Shown one piece after another: positions 11,356 to 22,438 of a DNA stretch of 31,165 bases. Positions within the stretch are counted from its first letter, which is position 1. Every line of letters begins with the position of its first letter. Source of the stretch: Priapulus caudatus (lineage: Eukaryota); the NCBI RefSeq assembly GCF_000485595.1, contig NW_014577083.1:422151-453315 (forward strand), in the 5' to 3' direction. The notes below the pieces were generated by a model, which was given only the letters and a program-made list of their open reading frames with translations, ran no database searches and had not been told where the DNA came from. A program made the translations under genes and the position numbers.

Positions 11356-13593
11356 CTAGTCTGCATATTTCTTAGTATAACGTTTTAAACGAGGGAGTGT
11401 TTTGATCTCCACTTCTTCGTTATTATCCACATTCTCTAGCGGATGTGCTCGTACTCTGTGGAGCATTTCTTTCTCCATTTCTTCAGGGTGCGCTGTCAGA
11501 TACAAACGCTGCGAAACGAAGGGCGCGGTTACATTAACGGGTTGCAATAGGGGTTGCACAGTGGGTTGGAGAATGGTATGAGTCGGTGTGGTACCGGTGA
11601 ATGACTGGCATAAGCGGGGGCGGAGATGTGGTGGCGCACAGCAACAATATAACACGACAATTGCTATGACAGCGATGGCAACATAGATAACTATTTGATG
11701 CCACTGTATGTGTGCACTCTGAAATTTTTTTTAAGCTGCTTTATTCGTATCAAGAATCCTTCTGCTATTAGCTATGGCATCCTTAAGATGATCATATGCT
11801 GTATTTAAATCATGCGATTCATACAGTTTATGGGGCACTATCGTTTGCGGAATGAGGTCTGTGGCATTACCTATTTTTACAGCCAATTGAGCTAGATTAG
11901 CCCATATTGTAGGTGTCTGGAGCGACCTAGGTAAGATATCGTCTAGCAATTTCGTCAGATTTACAGACGAGTCATGAAAATAAAACGTTGACAAGGTAAG
12001 GTCAGCCGAATGAGCACTACAACCCGATTGCAGCGATACAAGTTGGCGTGACGTTATTTCTATGTCCGTAATAGTAGGTTCCTGGTCATTGGTAGTCTGA
12101 CATGACACGGTTAATCGAAACGTCTTTGCTGGCGACAAAATCCAGTGACCATTACCAATATACGTAACGAGATGCTTAGGATTAGCACACATCTTGACCC
12201 TCCATTGACAATAGGTTTGTATGTGCTCGGCTTGCCTTAAAAATAACGCAACTAAACAATCCTTAGACCCTCTAACATAATAGATCTCAGATTCTGCCTG
12301 GCAGATGTTATGCGTCTCGTGAAGGCACTTACGTACTAGGTTCGGTTCAGGATAAAAATAACGTGTTTTATCTTGCGCAAATGCAACGTATTCCTTATCT
12401 AACACATAATACACGTGTGCCTGGGTGGCATTAATATATTGAGGTGCTGGCAATATTTGGAAAATGTTAAAAATCTGGCCGACATGTTTAAGTGGTAGAA
12501 ACGTAAGTATATGGAACGAATTCTGCACTGGTATAACTATGGTCTGTAATAAACTATAGTAATACAAAATGGTGTCGTCTAATGCTTTCGGCATTGCCAA
12601 ATAGTTTGGGATTACCTGTTTAATGCTCTGTAAAATGCTTTGTAAATGCGTTGGTGGTACTAGTGAAATCGGTAATCTGCCCGTGAGACAGCTGGTTAAT
12701 GAATGTTCTAAATCGGCGACAATATTCGTGACGTCTTGTAAAGTTAACATCATTATATCAATTGTGGTTGGTAGTCTAATTATGGCTGCCGTCCTAGTAT
12801 TAAGAGTAATAGTAAAAGTTAGTAGTTGATCGTTTATACTATTGACAAACTGTCGCATTGTTTCAACTCCATCAATCAATTCGTTTAAAGTATCATGTTT
12901 CAATTTAACCTGCGTTTTTGTCAGATTAAAAACTGTCAATGAATGCTCTATGGCATGTTGAAATGCCCCTTGGGTAATTTCGAATCCATATAATCTCGCT
13001 TGCAACTCGTTTAAATCATCCTCCGTTGCTACTCCATACAATGCTTTTTGAAAACGGCCGATGAACGGTAATAATGATTGCTTGAAGTGATGTCTCGTCG
13101 TAGCAAACATAGACGTTAATCCCCCAATGCGCTCTGATAGCCTGTGATAGCGCAGTCTGAAATCAGCCGCATGTTTCTTTATAAAAACTTCAATAATCTC
13201 ACGAAACTGCTCGTTGTTTGCGTTGATTTGTTGTTGCTGTTGCATTCGTACTGTCTTGTTCAGCCATAGTGGTGTTGGTGTTGTTGTAACATTTGGGTGC
13301 AACCATTTTCTAACTACTCCTCTCAATGTGGGTCCATTTCGTGTCGACATGCGAGCCTTGTCACTGGTAATAAGGGGCGGGCCGCAGCGGACGGTGAACG
13401 GTTGGTGCGTTGATTAAATAAATATTTAATCTGCTCGTCAATCCCCCACATATAATTCTTCACAGGCAATAAGTCTAACGTAAATACGATTGTCCAACTA
13501 CTTTGCGTTATTGCGAGCGTTCCTTTAGCTACAAACACTTCTCCTCTTATTAACGACACTGCGAGCACCAGAGTCGCAACACACAGTCCATAC
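11356..13593 (-). pseudogene. env: Envelope glycoprotein, baculovirus F / errantivirus Env type, with two frameshifts
   Basis: Signal-like YGLCVATLVLAVSLIRG; cleavage site and fusion peptide RHHFKQ|SLLPFIGRFQKALYGVATEDDL; heptad region; GRLPISLVPPTHL motif; Cys-rich C-terminal half; TM IVIYVAIAVIAIVVLYCCC (~11640-11696) reached after a frameshift in the T-run at ~11724-11732; another shift near 13380. Confidence 0.85.
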
Positions 13594-14045
13594 CTGTAAT
13601 GAAATAAAAGATTATTTAGCTGACGTCTGTTTACTTAGCAAAGTGAAACCTCTTCCCCTGGCTCTGCGTGTGCCTGCAATGCAACAGGTTATTAAAAGTT
13701 TTGTGGTATTTTACTAACGCCGTATATTGCAACATTGGTCTGCCATACTCTCCCGTGGACTGCCTGCGTGTGCTTTAAGGCTGCCTCACCTAATACCTGA
13801 AACCCATGTAGCCAATTAGTTATTTACGTATACCATCTTCTTGTTACTAAAGCTATCTCGAGTGCTATGTGCGTAGATTCTTTTATGTGTAGCGTGGTTG
13901 ACCATAATGCCTCAGACCGCGGTTTCTGTCGACATCATTGTTTGTCGCTTGTTCCTTGACTTTCTTCCTACTCGTGCAGTACTTGATCAGAGGTGTCGGA
14001 GTGGGCGGTGGACATAGATGGTTCCTGCAACTGCGCTGGTATTAA

Positions 14046-15400
14046 CTATGCTAACGGTAAGAGATCGCTATCACTATAGCTACTCTCGGACGAAGACCTT
14101 TGTCTTGGTGGCATGGCTTCATCATCCAAATCAGAATCGTCACTGGGTATGCAAGTGTCGCTCATCGTAGGATAGGCTAGCGTTGCCTGCCGCAGTGGCT
14201 GCTTTCTAGTAGCCCTTGTCGCTGCACGCTCCCTAGGTGTGGCTTCCTTGCTGGCTTCAGTGGTGGCTTCAGTTATGGCTTCAGTCGTGGCTTCAGTTAA
14301 GGCTTCAGTCGTGGCTTCCTTTGTGGGTTTGGTCGTGACCTCTCCTCGCGGTTCGTCCCCGCGTAACCACAGATGAGCAGCTCGCATGTTATCTACATGT
14401 GATGTGACCTGGCGATGCGTCGTCTCGTGTTGTAAAAGAAATTTCTTAGGTGTTATTATTTTCGTTACCGTATAATACGCCTTCCAAGGGCTATTCAGCT
14501 TGGGGCTTGTCTTGGGCTTCAGTACTGGATCGTGGTAGAATACAGGATCTCCTACCCTGAATTCCTGAAGCCTTGCTCTTTTGTCGTAGAGCTTCTTGTT
14601 ATGGCTTTTCATCTCTTGTGTTGCCGTTCGCATGTGCGCATACGCATGGTGGAACCTCTCCAGTGCTTGCAAAATTGGTTCCTCATTGTAAGACTTCCTT
14701 CTTGGTAATAACAAATTAGCTATAGGTAATACCGGTGCTCGGCCGTACAATAGATAGAAAGGACTATGATGTAATGTACTATGAATAGCTGACCGATATG
14801 CTAACAATAGTGGCGGTAATAATAGGTCCACGATGTTTGAGTGGCGTTATCGTAACGAGAAATCATCGAGTTTAAAACTCTGTGAAAACGCTCGTTTGCG
14901 CCATTCGAAGCGGGGTGGTAGGGCGCGCACGTTATGGCTTTCATTTGAAAATGTTCCGTCACTATATCCATTATTTTATTGCAAAACTCCATGCCATTAT
15001 CCGAAAGCAGAATCCTAAGACAGGAACGTCTCGGGATTATTTCGTTTATTAACAGATTAGCTACCGTTTCGGCTGACTTATCACGGACTGCAAAAACTTC
15101 CGGCCAACTTGTATACAAATTATGAAAGTGGATTAATTATCGATTTCCAAGAGCTGTCAGGGGAAACTGATATGTGTCCACAGCTACCACTTCAAACGGC
15201 GCGCCGGGCGTTGGTGCAGCTGCTAAAGGTGAACGTACGTAGGTTAGCTTGCGCGATTTACAAATAATACAACTACGTACATAATCGTTAATCATTGAAT
15301 ACATTTTCGGCCAATAATATCTCTCCTTAATCTTAGCATATGTTTTAGCGAAGCCTAAGTGGGCACTATAGATATTATCGTGATGATACGCCGTTATAAC
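14046..15400 (-). pseudogene. pol: Integrase (HHCC, DDE core, C-terminal region), frameshifted
   Basis: HHDNIYSAHLG...CIIC, VAVDT, LLSDNGMEF, PYHPASNGANERFHR, LLAYRSAIHSTLHHSPFYLLYGR, KLNSPW. Confidence 0.93.
14238..14325 (-). repeat. 12-bp coding tandem repeat (xxEA units) in the integrase tail
   Basis: TKEATTEALTEATTEAITEATTEASKEAT; + strand 'ggcttcagt' periodicity. Confidence 0.85.
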
Positions 15401-16044
15401 TGTCTGATAGTGCTGTGGCACTACTAGCTGGACGCTAGGTTCCGTGGTAGATGTTGGCTCTGTTATATGCTGTAATAAATCGTCCGAAATCATGTAATTA
15501 GTAAGCATGTTTAAATCCTTAATTGTAGCATTAGGCAATGTCAATGCCACACGTATCTTGTATATTAAAGGGTCATTGCATTGTTGTTCCAATATCTCGG
15601 CTAGAGATGGCAGCACTGTCGTTTGCTGGTTGGCATTGTGTGGAATGTCCTCTGTAGACAAAACCAATTCATCTTGTGGTGTTGTAATGTTTATTACGCA
15701 TTTCGTTGCTTCCTCGCAGCTTTCTTTGTCTGTAGATGGCGCTGCAGGCGACGGTCGTATTTCGTCTTGACCATCTTTTCTGCATCCCCTGGCAACAGGT
15801 GGCGCTGTGAGCGTTAGGGGTGCGTTGTTTTTCATACCTGGGTTACTCCCCTTTCTGCCTTTTGTGTCAACAGATGGCGCTACGTACGGCAATTTATCTG
15901 CTGCCCTGTCCTCGTCCTGGAGTGTTACTGGAGTCTGTGATATGGTCATTGCGTTGATGCTATTTGTAGAAACGGGTTCCTCCTGCTCCATTTGGTCAAT
16001 TTCTGTGGTGTGCGTATCTCCGACGTCGTCTGTTCCCTGTTCAG

Positions 16045-16507
16045 TACTTAATCTCGACAATAAATCAGCATTAGCATTTTCAGTGCCTCTTCGGTACACT
16101 ATGGTTGGAGAGTATTCACCAATTATCATCACCCATCTTAGAGGCTTAGGATTTTGCAGCATCGGCGATGTTAGTAAATACTTCAAGGGTAAATGATTGG
16201 AAAATATTGTGAAGGTACTGCCAGCTAGGAAATGTCTACTTTTCTGTAGGGCAAAAATTATAGCGAACGCTACCCGTTCTACCACTGGCCATCTAAACTG
16301 CGTAGGGGTTAATTTAGCACTTAAATATGAAATGACAACTTCCTTCTCTTGTGCATCCTTTTGTGACAAAACTGCTCCGACGGCATACGCGCTAGCATCT
16401 GTGTACAAAAAATAAGGTTGATTAACTTGAGGGTAAGCGAGAATTGGTGCTGACAGTAACGCCTTTTTCAATGCGTCAAAAGCACTCTGTGCTTCTTCAT
16501 TCCACAA
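16045..16507 (-). pseudogene. pol: Ty3/Gypsy RNase H
   Basis: AFDALKKALLSAPILAYP, FLYTDASAYAVGAVLSQ, NANADLLSRL. Confidence 0.95.
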
Positions 16508-17340
16508 AAACGAGTGTGATTTTTGGTAAGATCAATTAACGGAGCAGCAATTTTTGCAAAATCCTTGACATGCGCCCTATAATAATTAACCATTCCGAGG
16601 AAAGCTCGTGTCTGTTTGATTGTCCTCGGCTCCTTCATTTCCTGAATGGCGGCTACATTAAGTGGGTCTGGCTTCACTCCGTCCCTGTTGATCACGTGTC
16701 CTAAATAATTAACAGCCTGTTTGAGAAATTCACATTTAGAGGAATTCAGTGTTAACCATGCTTCACGCAGGCGGTCAAACACCGTTTGTATATCTACAAG
16801 ATGCTGCGCAAACGTTGTGGAATACACCACAATATCATCGATATAGGGGATTGCGCATTTCTCCGTAAGCCCTTTTAACCCGTTATTTAAAAGTTGTTGA
16901 AAGACACTAGACGAATTCCGTAACCCAAACGGTATGAAGTGATACATCTACGTAGCTTTATGAGTAATTATAGCCGTCTTGTGTTGATCATCCGGATGCA
17001 CAGGTATTTGGAAATAACCACTATTCAAATCTAACGTGGTAAAATATTGGGCGTTAGCTAATGAAGCCAAAATGTCATCGATTCTTGGCAAAAGATAAAT
17101 GATTGGCTCTGTGACCTTGTTAAAAGCCCGATAATCTGGTACCATTCTACCCATTGTGCTACCTTTTTTAGGCACTATGAACACTGGTGTTGCTCAGTCA
17201 CTAGTGGCTTCCGAAATAATCTCCACTTCAAGTAATGCGTCAATATGCTTTTGTAACAATTCCCTGTGTAAATATGGTGTTCGATACGGTGGTCGTGATA
17301 TGGGTGCATGGTTCTGTGTGTTAATTCTTATCTGGACTAA
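16468..17340 (-). pseudogene. pol: Ty3/Gypsy reverse transcriptase with stops and frameshifts
   Basis: RMVPDYRAFNKVT, LPRIDDIL, FTTLDLNSGYFQI, PFGLRNSS, YIDDIVVYS, YLGHVI, FLGMVNYYR. Confidence 0.95.
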
Positions 17341-18849
17341 ATGCGTATGCGTGACAACATGTTATCGCTTGTAGCGAATAACTTATAATTATTAGTAATG
17401 ATCCACTGTATTGCCTTAAGTTGACTGCCGGCCAGATGCTGTAAATCAATAGATGCTAACATTAGTGTTTGTGTTACCGCCATGTCGTCCCGTTTCTTGT
17501 GCACGCACGCCATTGTGTTCTGCGTAGCTGCTTGTTGGGTGGTTCCTTTGTTTAAGCCTGCAGCTACTGAGGCAACGAAACTGGTTTTTGACTGGCCAAG
17601 ATGGCGTCACTCACTAGAGCGTCTCGTTCCAGTGGTTTCCGAAACAATAGGCCCCAAATTACATGCGCTGTGCACCGATACACTAGCTGTGCTTTTAGGC
17701 GCCGTCATAACTTTGACTGTATTATTAATGTTCCCATTAGTGGTTAATAAACTAGCATCATTTAATACTGCATCTGTAACAAAACATGTTTGGACATTAG
17801 TAACATCTGCCGTGTTGTTATACATAGGCTCGTTGACCATTGCGCGCCCTCTATTGTTTACATTTTGCCGAGTGACAACTGATCGTTGTCACTTTACGCT
17901 CTGGGAAATGACGTTTATTTACCTGTGTGTTACATGTGCACGAATTGTAACACTGATTAATCACAGCACGCACAGCCGCTGTTTTGGGATCTGATAAGAA
18001 ACAAGAATTATTTATTACAGGTGCACATTTTATTATCGCTCTACGCAGCATATAACGTAACTGGGTCTTGATAGCAGGTCGTTGATGTGGACATTCGACA
18101 ACCTTGGATCTATTTCTGGGCGTACCTAGATGAGAATCAATATTATTAATATTACGACTGGTAACTGTGGCCTCCGCAGATATCTGTGTAGCCATGCGTT
18201 TGTGTATGCTAGCGCGCAGTTGCTTGAAACCAGTTTTACGCGCGTCCTGGTTCATCTGCACGGTCGGCCTTGTCGCTAAATACACATAATTAGTCGGCGT
18301 GTCGGTGGCTTGTTCTCCATTCCTGAAATAGCGTTGTTCATTAGCAAGTGCCCTTGTACCTAACACTAATACACTAGACAGATTACGCTTCATAAGTGTC
18401 TCGGTAATTAGCACGTACAATAGGCTTTTGCAGCTGCCACCTGGGTGTGCAATGGTTAGGTGTTACATCGTTAGGCTGAGAACACTGGCCATAATTACTA
18501 GAACTGGTACATGCAGCAGCACGCCGATACGCGTGATTGTTTGTCGACCGTTTTCGGACCTCCAGGTGTGTACCTCGTTGGGTAGAACATTGAGAAGTAT
18601 TAGTAGATGTAACACGTAAAATCGTGGGACGCTTTGTTGTCAGTTCCGGATTCTTCAGCTGTCTGCTTTCCTGTATAGAAATCATATTAGCAAGCGCGAG
18701 GCTATTATCGGCCCGTAATCTGCGCCTGTCGACATCTCGCCGTGGCAAAGTTCGGACAATGCGTGAATTACCGCATGGCATCAGTTTGCGGCCAACACGT
18801 GTAAACGTCGTTAGCTGTACAATGCACCCTTTCCGTAAATAACGCGGTT

Positions 18850-19420
18850 GGCAACTCGGGTTATGTAATGACACATTAGCATTCTGCTGCCTGCCTCTGT
18901 AATTAACTAGACAATTTTGAGACACTTTGGGCGGTACCATAACTGCGTCTTGTACCCGTACGTGAGAGATCGACGTAGGTGTATATTTATTTATGTCAAT
19001 AGACCTATTATTAATTTTTAGCTTGTCTAATTTAAAATTTAAATTAACTCTATTTACTCTGAACAAATCATAACCTAATATCATTCTATGCTCTAAGTTT
19101 CTGACCACATAAAAAACATGTGAAACTTTATACTGCGCTATCTTAATGCATAATTTTATTCTGCCCAAAACATACAAATGCTCTTCCGACACGGACCGTA
19201 GAATCTGCGTCGAACCTACGCCAAAGGAATCTTGATATTCTGGTTCTAACTGGTTCCATAACTGTTCATTCGCTAGACTGACTGCTGCCCCCGTGTCTAG
19301 CAAAGCCTGTATTTTAATCTTACCTACCAAAATTAGACAAGATGGCACCGCGTGTATATGTGTTTCGTGCATGTCTGCCAATGCGTTTATGTTAGACTTC
19401 ATTTCTCGTGCCACCTTCAA
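18850..19420 (-). pseudogene. pol: Retropepsin-like aspartic protease and following domain
   Basis: ALLDTGAAVSL catalytic motif and MILGYDLF. Confidence 0.9.
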
Positions 19421-19439
19421 CGTCTCTGATTTCTGAAGG

Positions 19440-20643
19440 TAGCTCTGGCATTTACTTGAGAATGATTGCCCCTGTTATTATTGCTATTATCGCCTTGTTG
19501 CATATGACAATGAAACCAAATATAACCACTTTCTCCCCATAGAGCACATATTGGCGACCCTTGAGGTGTGTACATATATTGCGTGCGAGCTCGCGGTGTT
19601 ATTAATGTAGTACGCGGTGTATATTGCTGCGCGGGGTTTTGTGGTGTATAGTTTGTGGTTTGTCGCGCGTTCGGCGTGAAATTCGTGGTAAAACGCTGTG
19701 GTGGATTATAGCTGTCGCGGCGTGCTAGCGGTGCGTTCGTTTGCGGTTGTTGATAACGCGCAGTATTTTGTTGCTGGTGATAGCGTGGTGACTGTGGTTG
19801 TGGATTATCGTGTGTGGGTGTTGTAAGTTAATTTCTAGGTGTATTGGTACTTTGAGTACGCGTGATTTCTGCCACTAACTCGCGCAAATCAGTTATTTGT
19901 TGTTGTGTCGACGGAGCGGATACGGTTGATACTTGTGCAATTTCGTTATTACTTTTATTATGCGATCTTATCCTAAGTTCTAAGTCTAGCGCTGATTGAT
20001 GAGTAGCCACCTCAACAGCTTTTGCAAAAGTGGCAGGCTTGTTCTTAACTAACGCACGCCTTAACTTCTCACTAGTTACCCCATCGGTAAAAGCGTCCGT
20101 CATTCGCGCGTTATGATGCACATCGGAATTCAAATTAACACCATAAGTAGTTCTAGCTAACGCTTCTAACCGTTTAGCAAACGCTTGTACACTTTCATTA
20201 GATTTTTGCTGAGCGTGTTTAAATTTCTGTAGCGCTATCGGTATGGCGGCAGCGTCGGTATAACGTTGCGCCAATATTTTCTACACGTGCCCCTAGGAGA
20301 TTGAAGGATGAACACTTATTATTTCAGCCAAATATTGGGCGGGCTCGTTGCTGAGCAAACGAAAGGCTAACCTAACTCTTCGCTTTTCATCGTTTTGGTT
20401 TAAAATTATGAATAATTGCTGCAAGTTTAATAACGACTGACCAAATTCAATAACAGTGTCATCTCCCCCGCTAAATATCTTATAATTGTTTAGTAGGACA
20501 AGAGACTGGACTTCTCTTAATAAATGCTTCATACTCGTGTCCGGAAATGAAATTTCTTCCTCATCACTACTTTGTTCTAACGCCTTATCAATGTTAATAT
20601 CCGACAAATGCGGGGTTAAGGGGGCCGTTCGTTTGTTCGCCAT
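19440..20643 (-). pseudogene. gag: Gag with degenerate CCHC knuckle
   Basis: ORFs 20293-20643 and 19828-20274 (QKSNESVQAFAKRLEALA, DAFTDGV, PATFAKAVEVA); Gln/Pro/Thr-rich linker; TPQGSPICALWGESGYIWFHC at ~19507-19570 matches CX2CX4HX4C with C>W and H>Y. Confidence 0.85.
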
Positions 20644-20781
20644 TATTATGCGTTAAAGACAAACCCGCCCAAAATGTTACACATACACTACAAAAGCTAA
20701 GACCAGCAAAACGCACGTAAAATTGGGATAGAAATAATGCAGACTACTCCGTAGTTTATAAGTATATAACGATGCACTTAC

Positions 20782-20789
20782 AATCTCAT
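20782..20789 (-). CDS. Predicted 8-nt first coding exon segment of env (ATG AGA TT | GTAAGT)
   Basis: Canonical donor GTAAGT at 20781-20776; phase matches the acceptor ttttatttcattacAG|G at 13594/13593, giving MRLYGLCVATLVLAVSLIRG. Confidence 0.6.
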
Positions 20790-20937
20790 GATGCGACGAT
20801 AGCGGTAGCCGTAGACAGAGATGCTTCGATTCTGATTTATTACTTCGTAGCGTGCTCTCTGCTCAGGACAGCACCGACGACTTACACTCGACACAAAGAA
20901 AACATAAATTAGTACTTTTTCAATACACAAGACATAC

Positions 20938-21485
20938 TAACGAGTTCTTAACTGTCTGTTATTCGTGATCGTATTATTGGACTACGTATATTCTTAGAGA
21001 TATCGCGGATCATAGCATACATAAATTACCCAACAATGCAGGTACGTTTTACAGCACACACATTTTTACTGGTCATGAATTACTATAACATATATGCCCA
21101 GGTAACTAAACAGAACGTGTACAGATTTGTACGCAACATCAAAGACATAACTTACATATCGGATGGCCTCGTACAAGCCTAGCGTGAACCGAGACGTAAC
21201 TGGTCAGGAGGGGGTGCGGACCGCGCGTACAAAGATTATATACTGCATCCATTCCCATTGTTTTAGATTGTTCATGCTTTTCACCTCGGCCGCTGCCATT
21301 GGTGGAGCCGTTCCATTGACCGTTGGCCACGCCTTGGGTAACTCTCTCATTGATTGACAAGTACGGAGTTAGCCTCGCGTCAGTGACCCACGTTTTTCAC
21401 AAAGGCCTGCCCCGTACAATGACTAATTTTGGTTATTATAAACTTATCACATTTGTGTACTACTACTTACTATTTCTGTATTACA
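20938..21485 (-). repeat. 5' LTR lacking the terminal 5 bp of U5
   Basis: Matches 9354-9905 with small indels; the inner end reads GAACTCGTTA-GTATGTC instead of GAACTCGTTA-TTACA. Confidence 0.93.
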
Positions 21486-21931
21486 TACTTATTTTTTGTG
21501 AAATCTTAGAAAAATACTTATAAGTCCTTATTTTTTTGCCAAAGGATCATTTCTCAACATTTTCTGTGTTGAATTTCGGCGAAACGGCTGTGCAATTGTG
21601 TATATAAATATTATTAGTGTACTTTAATAGTTGGTGATCTATCAGAAATCGCATAAAAAAATCTTATTTTGGCCTCCAGAAATGGTCTTATAAGTCATTA
21701 TTTCAATATGTGTCTTACTACTATGAACCCTGGCAATGATGATTTAGTACTCTAATAAAAACCCTGCTGTGGAGAAATCGTTCGCACGGATAAACAGAGA
21801 TGTGAGCCGCTCTCTAAGCAAGACTGCGCATGCGCAGATATAGCTAACGTATCTATATGGTCGTACCCAGTGTGGTGGATAACGGCATGCTACGTTGCGT
21901 TGAAGGTGTTGATTATTTTTATACCGGCATG

Positions 21932-22438
21932 TGTAATGCAGAAATAGTCAAATAAGATAGAAATAGGATAATTGCATAATAACCTAAGTAGTCAGAGTAC
22001 GGGACAAGCCTTTTGTGTAAACGCGCAGCTGACCTCGTACGCTACCATGCCGCTGAACCATGCAGCGTGACCAGAACCTAAAACAATAGGAGGGCGCAGT
22101 ATATATAACCGTTGTGCACGCAGCACGGGGCGGGCAGTCTCTACTATTTGCACTCTGACTCTACGAACGTGGCAAGAGATATTCGTACTGTTTTCACCGT
22201 TGACGAAGACTACTATATATATGTAAGTTCATGTTTGTATGTCGCGTACACAGCTGTACACTACTGTTCACTATTACGGGCATATATATGTTACCGTCAT
22301 TCCCGACCAATAAATATGTGTGTGTTTGAAATACGTACCTTCAGTGTTGGCTAATTTATGTATAATGCGTACAGCGGTATATCTTAATAATTTACGCAGG
22401 AACCCTATCGATCACGGGGTAACAAACTCAACATTACA
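21932..22438 (+). mobile_element. Solo LTR (507 bp) of a family related to the Gypsy-env element, opposite orientation
   Basis: TGTAATG...CATTACA termini, CATG TSD (21928-21931, 22439-22442); shares blocks with the Gypsy LTR (tgtaat.cagaaatagt, gtacggg.ca.gcc-tttgtgtaaacg, gcagtatata TATA, atgtgtgtg...cgtacct, gatcacgg); AATAAA at ~22309. Confidence 0.88.

Larger units (their letters stand above)
9349..21485 (-). mobile_element. Full-length decayed Ty3/Gypsy LTR retrotransposon with env (errantivirus-like endogenous retrovirus)
   Basis: LTR pair, outer ends TGTAATA...TATTACA, TACT TSD (9345-9348, 21486-21489), PPT, domain order gag-PR-RT-RH-IN-env. Confidence 0.95.
9271..21732. mobile_element. 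~320-bp non-autonomous TIR element with a 5-bp TSD (hAT5-like), split by the Gypsy insertion
   Basis: TIRs CAGGGTTCGTAG (9271) / CTATGAACCCTG (21721-21732); GCAAT on both flanks (9266-9270, 21733-21737); both halves share CTTATAAGT-type subterminal motifs. Confidence 0.8.

Noticed and set aside
12623..18842. Plus-strand ORFs overlapping env and pol
   Set aside because: Antisense shadows of the minus-strand coding frames with no recognisable domains.
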